Positions 50,601-62,600 of a stretch of 64,000 bases of DNA are shown in pieces. The notes beneath the pieces were generated by a model, which worked only from the letters and a program-made list of their open reading frames with translations, ran no database searches and was not told where the DNA came from. The DNA is from Botryllus schlosseri (lineage: Eukaryota): NCBI GenBank assembly GCA_051294905.1, contig CM119378.1, positions 11,408,001-11,472,000 of the forward strand, in the 5' to 3' direction. How positions within the stretch are numbered: position 1 is the stretch's first letter; each line of letters starts with the position of its first letter. The position numbers and the translations under genes were made by a program.

Positions 50601-53600
50601 AGAGGCGTTCCTTCTGGCGGCGACAGAAAATACTTTCCGCCGAACATAAATATGCCTTTCCGAAATTCTAACAAGAATAGATTTACTCCTGGAGTAGCAT
50701 CAAGCTCATCCATTGCAGTGAAATGATGTGAAAGTGTAAATACATAGTTCGTTCTGTATACTTATGCAGCATTATTTGTAAGGTGTACACCATTCGTGCA
50801 CATTATTAAAAAGGTACGCTGTTGAAACTGATATGAGAACCCCTGGTCTTGACGAACTGTTCTTGATCAGCTCTTATATCAATATTTTTACTCAATATTA
50901 TCTCTTTCTCCGCCTCTCTTTGAACGCAATTAACATTAGCTATCATTTTAATGTATTTGTTTCCTACATTTTGACTTTTACTAGCTTCTAACCGACCCGG
51001 ACACGAAAAGAATCCATCTGTTACTGGTAACGCTGTGGGTGGCAATATTGAGATCGATGAAACTGATGAAGAATTTCATGATGCGTCTGCAACTACCACT
51101 CGTATTGTGACTGTTCCTGTAACCGATGGTAAGCAAAGCAGTTACTTTGAAGGGACATCTAGTTTTTTAATTTTTGATTTTGTATGCTGACAATTCAATT
51201 TGATTCATACGGACTTTATATGTAGCAGACGTCATCTGGTAAGGTTCCACATTAAAAAAATCCAACCAAATAAACAATTGTATATGCTTCTACGATGATG
51301 ACTGTGCTGTGATGAAATTGATTCATTTCAGCTTGAAATTTCATAAATGAAGGCTACTTAATATGCACTGTGTTGTTTAGAATGGTTAATTGCTTTCATA
51401 TCATAAAGCCGATTTCTGGATTGTCTTGCTATTGCGGTAGTCTAGATTTTTGAATATTCTCATCATTTCTTTAGATACCATTGAAATGCGTGTGGTGTTC
51501 ACACTTTATCAACCAATAGATGTTAAAATCTATATGACCGAAGGACTTTTTTCGAATTGGGGATTGATGGAAATGACATATGACAGGTATAACGGAAAGT
51601 GTATTGATTGACTGACTTCTATTACATCTACGTTTAGCGAAATCTAGTTGACACGATATCTGTCTTCTATGTCATAGATACCCATACCCATACACTGTGA
51701 AGCAGGGGTGTCAAACATACGGCCCACAAGATGATTTAATGTGGCCCGTGAAGCAATTCTAAGGAAATGGAAAATGCTTGTATTATTCAGCACATTTCTA
51801 ACAAAAGTTAAGATTTCAAGTAAGAAACAAGACGAAAATAATCCCACCAGACAGCAAATGTCGAACTGTTCGTTCATAGATCACATTATAAGCATCCGGC
51901 ATCAGTGTTGCGTTTTCTCTCCAGTCACCATTAGATCATATTGACACCACATCCTGAGTTAAGAATTTTTTCGTCTCTGCGAAACCGGTGTGTCTACTGT
52001 ACGGTACAATGCATAATATAATAGCTACATGAAAAATACAATTCAAATATTTTTGGTCGCTCGGTTGTATACCTTATTTTGACTCGAAAGGCCCTCGAAA
52101 TGGCCCAAGCCCCGGTCACCAGAGAAACCCGAATGATGATTTAAAAACAATGAATAATTGCATCGTCCGCTTTCTTTGTACTCCTTGTACTCCTCACAAC
52201 GAATATGTAGGTCCAACTCCATATCACGACTAAAACTAAAGGCAGAGCATGGAAATATGCCAACTTATATGGTTGTTACATGACTTACAGCAACTGTTTT
52301 AGTGGTTTAGAACCGCATTCAATCGGCCAATCCTTGTGTTTTTACCAATTCTGCTGTTTGCGAATGATGCCGTTGTTAGCGTCGAGCCACAGGATATGTA
52401 ATATATTGTATGCTATTGGTCTATTATTCATAGCTTTGATAATGAAGCATTCTAGTGAAAAACAAAGGTGTGGATTTGAAGGTGACATTTTGGAATCATT
52501 TGACTGGTCTGGCCCGCGAGTGATAAAAATGTTCGAATCCGGCCCGCGATTCCAGTTGAGTTTGACACCCCTGTTCTAAAGTGACTATTTTGACCACCTC
52601 TGTTAGTATGCTATAAGGATTAAACCAATATTCCTAGTCTAGCAGTCGTAGATTATAGTTCTCCGTCTCACTCTACTATGCTGTGACATCACGAAATAGC
52701 CGATATATTTTACCTCCAATGGTCGGCACCGATGTTTCTTTGGAAGTGTGATATCGACTCGATATTATCGGCAAATCGATAATCGGTCGATTACATATTT
52801 TCAAGTAGAGTGTGTTGGGTACAATAGCCAATTAGTTATATGCTTACATGCGCAGATAGTTAAGTGGAGTAAGTTATCCCAGAAATAGGTTGTAAGGAGC
52901 GAGTTTGATAAAACTGTTTCCGTAAAGTTAAATCCAGGATTGCTCACTATCACGGTTCAATAATTCAATAAATTGAATTCCTGCTGGTATGTTGTCTCTA
53001 AATGTGGTAAATGAAATGAATTTGCCCCAGGTCTGCTTCAAAATAATCCTCCAAACCACGGGAGGCCAACCCGTGGCCCGCGAGAAGGTTTTGAGTGGCC
53101 CGTGAGGTAATTTTCGAAATTAGTTATATTATCAAAAATGGATTGCCCATATTGTGAACTTGGAAGGCCAACCAAAAATTTAATTGGCCTGGCCGCAACA
53201 CTTGGAATGTCGATGACTAAAATATTAGTTCAGACGTATTAGCAGATCCATTGGCAAGTCACATTTTTGGTAGACCTTCGTACATTACAAAAGAGTAGAA
53301 TATTTTGCAATCGATTTATCTGAAGTAAAAATTTTCTTAACGCTTCGCGCAATATGTTGTCAATCGATTTCTTGCTTTTAATATTGTCACCCCCTCCTGA
53401 AAATGAAAAAATTAGGCCAAATGTACCAGATTGAGTCCAACTATATTTGCAATTACGAGAGAAAGTGCCGTTCAACATGCGACCTTGCCTTTGCGCTTGC
53501 AGAAAGACCGTCGCCGATGAAACCTAGGCACAAAATTATTGATGCATGTTGGCCGAAGCTTAGGATATCGATACGTTTAGGTGCCAAATAGTCCTGTCTT

Positions 53601-56600
53601 TGCAAACTGAGCCCAGCGATACATAGCAGACCCGTAAAATACTTCGGTAACAATATCATTGACCTATACACTTTGACATATTTTCGCGCCTTGCGCGGCT
53701 AGTGGCCATCGCAATGGTCCGTCAATTGAGTGTGGTCCTTTGGCCGAAAAGGTTGGCCACCCCCTGCTCTAAACTTTTCAATGTAAAGTTTGTCATTCCT
53801 TTTATATCATTCTGGCAACCAAAATTTGCATCCAGTAACAATAGTAACACAAATTCCTCCGCGGTCCTTCCGGAAAAGTCTCATTATTTGCAATGTCGGT
53901 TATTGCAGTATTTAATTGGCATGACAATGGTTTCCCACTTGGCTGCAGAGTCATCGGCCTCAATACGTTCTTATCCCTAAATGTTTGATTTCAACAATGG
54001 CAGCCAAACCTGTCGCCAACTGTGATTCGAGATCTGTTATTGATTTTATGGTTCAGATGTTAAGCACCAGCATTGAGAACTTGCGCTGATCCCAGGGTTG
54101 CAATGACTCAATTTTTTAGTGATTCCACTTGACTCGAGTCATTTTCTTTAATACAGAAAATGACATTACTCGACTTGAGTTAATTGATTTATTGACTAGA
54201 CTTGTGCTCGACTCGCACATGACTCGACCAAGTCAGATGACACGAGACCATGACGGCCAAAACAGGCGTTTCATTGTAATTTTGAAGAATAGTAAAGTTG
54301 CCACATTATTGGTAGTGGTATTTCGTTTTTCAGTACTGGTACTTAAAAATGTGGCCGATACTGTTAAAATTTATATATTATAAATGCAAGGCATTAGATA
54401 TCACCCATTCTGAGCTGTAAAAAAATTGATTGAACATGATTGGAACTCGAAACAGAGCAGGTAACACGATGACTTGGTCTGGGAATCGAGCCTTAACACT
54501 ACGACTTAAACTTGGCCCTCTGACCCCTGACTTGGAATCGGTGATGAATTGAAAATGATTCCACTTGACATGAGTCAAAACTGTAAGTGTAAAACTGACT
54601 CCGAACATTGTGACTTGGTTACACCCCTGCTGATCCTGAGTGAATTGTCTTGTGTCAAGTGCAAAATGGTGAAAAACGTTTCATTTGTCGCTTGATGGAG
54701 TCCTTGTCCAATGCAAATTACTTGGTGTTTGCTGCCTGTACTACCCTCAAATTTGATTAGGATCTATTCTGTTTAGCTATGTTTTTCGTGGCTATTTGAT
54801 ATAATTCAGGCGCTCTACCAAATTATCAATGTTTTGTTGTTTTAGGGACGAACAATTCTATCGAATTTTCCTTCCGAGGAAAGAAGAGAAATACAGATTC
54901 CAATACAAATACTGTATCTATATCCGCGGTTGGCCGCATTGGGAATATCTTCCAAGAGGAACAGAGAAAATTGTAAATCGGGTAGCTGTTGTCACCAGAG
55001 GTATTTTGTTTTGTTTTGTCACACCATTTGCATTCTCATTAACCCACAATCACTAAGATGTGATATCGTTACACAATTGGCAATGTGGGGGCAAAAGGGA
55101 CCCCATCATGTTCATTGCTCATTAATCTGCTAATTTTACTCTGGAGCTCTTAAATCACCTTTTGCATGACGGTATGCGGATGGGTGTTCATTTCTCCGAA
55201 CAACACACCAACTTGTTTGGCAAGAACAATCTGAATTTCCATGAAAAGATTACTGTTAATTTTGACCCCCTCTTAGTGTTGCAGGTTAAGTGGAATGGAA
55301 CATTGGATGAGACGCGTTCCATAGTTGACAGATTAGAACCGTCGTCCATTGTCATAGAAATAAAATATAGACATAGAACATAAACATAGAATTTTTAGGC
55401 GAGTTCACAGATGTAGCGTTACAGCATTTTGTAATATGTACAGAACACATCACATATGATCCATTGTAGTCTTTGTATTGTTTTTGCAGATCGGACCATC
55501 TTTCGTGATGTCCCAATGCTCCATATTCATGGACGCCATCCTGACGAAGTTATTAAATCCTCTGTGTATTTACATTTGCCAACACCGGCGATGTCTGCTA
55601 GTGGATCCATCAATCCTGCAGAGAAAAAAGAGATTGAGTCATGCATTGACCAATTCAAAAGAGGATGGGATACAACCGCGGACAGAAGATACCATATTGA
55701 TATATCTGATATGGTTTGTTTGCTCGATTTGCATGATTTTTTACATTTCATGGTAATTTTACATTGGACCAATACATTGTTATTGTTGTTGTTGCCCGAT
55801 TCCTAATCTGTCACCATGTAGGTCACCATACGTTCTCTTTTAAGAGGATTTGTCCTATTTTTTTGACTTTTTAAGCTTGACTCTCTTTTGGGCTGAGCCG
55901 GAAAGTTGACCTTATTTTTAGTCAACCGACCACGAAGTGGGAAAAATTTACCACTTTTCCAGGATTTTCCTTCGGTTTTGCAAGTCTGAAAATTTTGAAA
56001 AATGGTCCTTATTCATATTTCCAAAATATTGTAACCCGAAATGTAGCACCTTGCTCTCGAATGCTCTGCATATTACCACATCCCATTATTACATATAACT
56101 ACCAGTTCACTTTTTACCTGCAAGGAGAAATTACCGTCCTATTGATTTCTATGCCTCGGACACTTAAATCTTCAGAGTGGTCCCAGACACTAACCTCATT
56201 TTATAAGAGGTAGTGTAGTGCTTTAAAATAACGCTTTGACTGATCTGATACCTTGTTTGCCGGATTTACATTCCTCGAAGGTTGTTTTTTTCCTATTATG
56301 AAAAACGAAGTCTAATATTCAGAAACTAGCATCTGGCATCCAGCCATTCAACCAACCATACAGCCTGACTGTTTAGAGCAGGGGTGGGCAAACTTTTCAG
56401 TTCGCGGGCCGCATTCAACATCTGAATCCATTCGCGGGCCGCACCAAAACGCAATATTGGTATTTGATCACATAGCGAGGACAAGGAACTAATATATAGG
56501 CTTTTTAAAAAACCAAACATTGCTTTGATGATATCGTACACGCGTCAGAAACAGTGGCGAGATTTCATAGGCTGGTCGAACTCAATAACCAATGTGTTAA

Positions 56601-59600
56601 AACTGTAGAGATGAAAGTCGATTGTCCCGATTGTCCCGATTCTTAGAACAATATTGAAATTTGAATCTGTGAGCAGCGAACTGCTCATAGATTTACTAAT
56701 TCCACTTTTGGTTTAGTTCCAGGACACACAATGCTGACAGCATCACAACCATGTTAGCATCAAACACGCTTCTACTATGTGTAGATAAAATATAAATACC
56801 CTAATTCTACGCATACAAAGAACGAATCGGATAGTTTGATGGCGTGGAAGATGACGACTGTGGATGAGAGATTTTTGAATATGAAATTCATACTAAACAC
56901 AGAGCCATATCTGTGGATTGGGTGTAAATCGCGCGGAGCGCGAAAAATTTTTTCATTTGAGCTCAGCTTCGCGGTCCCCTTCAGATGCTTTCACGCCCCA
57001 AGGAAAGGGGGGAGGAGCGCCCCAGTTTTAGAACCACTGCCTTAGAATTATCATGTTGCAATATACTAAAAAAAAGTTGCATTAATTCGATTTTTAGTAA
57101 GCATTTTATCAATATTTTTAATAAGTTTCTTTAGACTCTCGCGGGCCGCACAAAACGGTGTTGCGGGCCGCATGCGGCCCGCGGGCCGTAGTTTGCCCAC
57201 CCCTGGTTTAGAGTCAAGTATACCTGTTTGATGCTGGTGTGATCAGACTAGATCCTTAGATAGACCTTCATGGTCTTATCGATCATTCCTATCTAATACC
57301 GAATACAGTGTGCAGTGTGCATGCATATTTTCTGTACCACAATCACTGCCGTGTGTTATGTATTTTGGTTGGATGAAAATGAAGACTCTCTCTCTCTCTC
57401 TCTCTCTCTTCACTGATTAAATTGTCAGCTTACTCTAAAAAACGCTGCACACCAAATTTGGTTCAATTCTAAGAAGTATAGTATAGCATTATCCACCAAT
57501 CAAGGATAATCCGAGAATTATCAATGAAAAACTGAAATAACTCTGCTTCTACTAGTTGGAATTGAGACAAATTTGTTTTGCATAGTCTTTGAAGACAGAT
57601 CAACAATTTCATAGGGTTGGCCAAAAATTTGAATTTTTTAAAATTTATCCTAATAAATTAAAATTTTTAATTGGATCTGCAAAGTCCTGTACTTGTTAGA
57701 ATTGAACGAAATTTGGTGTGCAGCGTTTGTCGGGGTAACCGGACAATTTAATCAGTGAATGGCTAGAATCTGGGGAAAAAAGTTATTTTTTAACAGCCCT
57801 AATGTACATGACACGATCTGCTCATTTCCACCGAGTTCTAATCATCCGTGCCTGCGCACATCGTGTTCTTGAAGCTGTGATAAATTCAATTATTCATTGC
57901 TCAACAGTGATGTGTCAACAATCAACATAGCTAGCAGTTTCACTTCTCAAAGTAATATAAATTCAAAGGGAACATACATGGGAACCGCAATTGAATGTTC
58001 ATACTTTCTGTTCAAAAATTGGTGTCTGATTGAAAGGCTATTTACAGGTTGTTTTGACTGCTACGTTTCATTTTTTGCATACGTGTGGTGTGACTTCTCA
58101 TGGTAAGCTCTATTGAGCTTATCTCTGAAGCGGCAAGTTTGACTCTGGTAATGACGAGACATCATAAAAGCCAAATACTGGTGTGTTGCCAAATTATTCA
58201 AGATCAGACTGATTATTGTCAAGAGATTCAATTTTGTTTTGATGGTTCATATAGAATGTAGTGATAAATATTTTATTAGGCAAGAATTGCAGCAATTGAA
58301 TGTCAAAAATTGTTTTTGGACCTATTCTCTTGTTTTTACCTACTGGCCAAATTGAAATGATTTCAGAATTTTGCTTAATACAAAAGTTGTTTACATTCAT
58401 ATTCAATTATTCATATCTACGTCTTCTATTCTCTGATGATGGACTTCCCATCTAAATGAAAGAAAAAAGTGCCGATATTGATTTGTTTTAATGGACATTT
58501 AATGATGTTTTATCTCTAATTCCTTACCCACATTGTAGGATCTGGAAGATATGGCAATCATGTGGGTATCAAAATCCTTGCAAGCTCTCAAGACTCAGGA
58601 TGAACAAGTTGTCAGAGTTATTCGAGTTTTGCACTTGGCAAGCTCTCTGCATAAGCTAAAACACAAGATTGATCATTATCGCCTCGTGATCTTCATATGT
58701 GTGGGTCTTGATACAAGTGAAATTGACAGTACCCATCAAAAGATTCTACGTAAAGAGATTGAAAGACAATACTTGAATGATCCTACAAGGTAACCATTGT
58801 AATACATTAAAGAGCAGTGGTCGGGAACCTATGGCTCTTTTGGGTATAAGATATGGCTCTTTGACACATTTTTAAATTTGTACCTAATTTTATCGATATT
58901 CCAGCAACTTGTTAGTAAATTTTCTTATGGCCAGAATAATTATTCTCGTGGCAGCATAAACATGCATTTGAGAAGTCAAAGCAGGGTGTATCCAGGGTTA
59001 TGGGCTCGGACCCCTTTACAAAATCCTCAAATTTAAGTTGCTGTAGCGCCAGCAGTGGCCCGTGAGTGCGGCCAAAAAATTAATTACCCAGGTAATTTAT
59101 TGTGAACTTGAAAGACAAACCTAAAATCTGATTAGCCTGACCGCAAACTTTAGCATGTCGATGACTAAAATATTTGTTCCGACGCATTGGCGTAGTCATA
59201 ATTGTTGTAGATCTTTGTATATGACCATAAAGTAGAATATTTTGTGGCTGATTTATTTTACTTGAAATTTTTTCTCTTGTCACTCGATTTTTTGCTTCAA
59301 GTATTGATGGCTACTCTCATGAAAATTACAAATACGCCCAATTTACGGAATTGAGTCTAACTATATTCACAATTATGGGAGAACGTGCCGTCCAACATGC
59401 GATATCGCGTCTGCACTCGCAGAAAGACCGTCAGAGATGGAACCTTTGCACAAAATGATAGACGCATATGTGCACCTAAATCTTCGATGTTGATATGACC
59501 AAGCGCCTATGAATCACGTGCTGGCCAAATGAGCCCAGCGGTATACAGAGGCAACCCACACTATACACAATAACATTATTAACGAATTAGTACTACCATG

Positions 59601-62600
59601 ACGTAACGAATTTTCAATTGTGACGTAACAATTGATGGACGTGTATGGCTCTTTGGAGTTAAAATGTAAAATATGGGGCTAACATGGCTCTCGAAGCGAA
59701 AAAGGTTCCCGACCACTGTTATAGAGTATAGTAAATTACTTTGAATTTTAATCAATCAGGTCACCGCTGGCTGATGTTTTCCTCTACCTTTATCGCCATG
59801 TCATTGATATGGTGCGTGGTTCACAACCCAATTTTGAATGGGTGCTCACGTTACCATTGTACTGGATTATTACCCGTTATGGTGAGGATCACAGGAAATT
59901 GTATGCATCAAGAAGAACGGGAAGCCGGCTGTTCCAAAGATCCATGTTGCCAAATGTGGAAAATCTGTCATGGTCAGATATAAAGAAAGAGAGCAATCAA
60001 CAGAAGATCCAAAAGTATTACATTATATTTTGGTTTCAACTGAAATTTTTAGCTTTACCAATGAATATGCATTTTGCTTCGTCACAAACCATGTCACCGT
60101 AAAGTTTGCTTGATTGGTAGATATTTTCTTCTCCATTCAAAATTTTTAAGGTGAATATCCTTTGTTTTACAGACTATAATATACCTTGATGAGTAAATGA
60201 CGCGCAGTGGAAACTGCTGCAAAAGTAATTACAGTATATTGATAGAATAATATACGGTGTTCTTTGAAATAAATCCGAATATTTTCGGCGAACACTCGTA
60301 GTTTAACAATAGTACAATAATAGCTGTGAATCATGGCGTAGCATATAGATAGAATATATCACCAGGAATGCAATGTAATAGATCAGTGGTTCCCAACCTG
60401 GGTACGCGTACCACTTGTGGTAGACGAAGGTCTTCCAGGTGGTATTCGAGTAGATTCTGTTTGATTTTGACCAAAGGGAGTTACTAGTTCCTTCGGGGTT
60501 GAGTTTGAGGTTTTTGAAGTGTCGTCGTCGTGGTAAGGTCACAGGTCACGTGGGTAGGACCAATTCCACCAATGACAGGCTACGGGGAAGACAGCTAGTT
60601 GTAAAGCTTTAGGATTCATACCTAACCAAATTTTGTTTTAATATGCTTGACCACAAGAATTCCAAATATATCCACTGCAGAAATCATATACTGCGCCTTC
60701 AATTGGCAGTGGAAACATTTTTGACCGCCTTTGGCAGCGTCACTTACGGAGGTGGTAGGCGAGCGCTGCATAAAATCTCGAAATGGTACGTGGGTGGGAA
60801 AAGGTGGGAACCATTGCAATAGATGAATCAATCAATTCACAGATTACATTTTCATCTGCCCAAGACACACACACAATGTACAATGCAGTATACAAGACAC
60901 ACAATGCGATGTAATGAACAGATAGGAGGATGCCGAACGACCAACCAGTTGGGGTCTCTGGAACCAGCATTCACCTTGACCTTGTGCCTGATTTCAGTCT
61001 TCTTAGATGTTATTCTTTCTTCATCGGTTATTTTTTAGAAGCTATTTATTGCTCTGGTCTTTTATGTTCTTGGATTTTTTGTCGTCGTAAGAACAACGAC
61101 ACGGGGGACAAGCAACCCAGAATAACCTTCGACAACGGAAATCGAACCCTTTCTGTCCGCATGGATGGCACCGGCGCTCACCACTACGCTCGCTCTCGAA
61201 TAAGCTGTACTTACCTATGCAAAACTTTTCTGATATGTTATTTGTGATCTGAGTATTATAGATTCCGGAGCTTAGAAAGTTCAATTAGCTTCAAGTTGGT
61301 GACCCCTTATTTCAACTTTGCATGACAGGATTTTTTTGCTACTTTCTTGAATCAATTTCTATAGAATTCCATCACGGCCTTAGTTACCAAATCACAAAAT
61401 ATTGCCTAAAATTTTATAGATTTTATAACCCTGTGTCAGAGAGATGAATGTTGGAATTTTGTAGGGTATCATTGACATTGACACCGAAATTGCATATATT
61501 GCTCCTTATTTAAGTAGGTTGCAACCTTTTGCCTTATACTCGCACTTGTTGCAAATTTGGTCAACTTTAGCAAATGCTATGTTAGTTGTACTTGGAACAT
61601 AGTTTTATGGCTAGATTAGTGTCGGTGACTGCTCTACCAACTAGTAGTGAGAAAAATGCTTCAAAGTTTGTTGGCACAAAATGTCATAATTTTTCCTTTT
61701 CTACTAGATCTTTGCTGCCGATGGGACAGATAATCCTCACGCATCTTGAAGGATTTCCTTGGATGGTTGACACTTTTCTGTACTTGATCAATCGATCATC
61801 GTTGTTGACTATTCTGAATGACAGGAAAAATCATCCAATATCGTCTTACTTCCCGCTGGACTCGGTCCTTGAAATTTTAATTTCCAAAGAAAAGTACTGC
61901 AGCACACAAGAGGTATATATACTTGAATTATTATTTTTATCGAGATTGTTTCAATATTTTGTTATTGTAGATTCTTTTGAAGGCTGTACCAACACAATTT
62001 TACTTTGAAGATTGCTTCCTTCAAATATTCCAGGGAAATATCAAGTAGGAGTTTGATTGTTTCCTTAAACACATGAAATGATCAAGTTGACATTGCAATA
62101 CAGGTGCACCATGGGTGGAGAAGAAGGCTTGATGAAGATGGCAAAAAATATACTTGAGATGCTATCTTCCATCATTGAGAAGACAACAACAACTATGTTG
62201 AAGGATTCGTCTATAGCTATCATGTTTGTCATGAAAATAGCAAGTATGGCCACCCAACTGATATTTTCCAAACCAGTGAGTGTGACTTCTAATGTTTTTT
62301 TATAGGAACTGAAAGTCATTATTACTGATCTTTTGGTGTTTTATTTGCTTATTTCCCATGTGTGTAATGAACGGAACAACCTTATATTCTTTGAATCACC
62401 AATATTGAGAGTTTTACCATTCAGCCCAGATTGAGATACAGATGAATAGTATGAAAGTGTCGTAATTTTCAAGGAATTGCCATATAATCACGCAAGGTGC
62501 AGATGAATCAAACTAATTCTTGCCTAGGACTGTGTGTTTGTGAGCACAGTGGCAGCCTTCCAAGGATCAGATACAACTTTCATATTTTGTTATGTATGTT

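Noticed and set aside
58048-58102. Candidate exon (TTTACAG...ATG|GTAAG)
   Set aside because: Good splice signals, but it breaks the phase-0 join 55713 to 58539, and no compensating exon was found.
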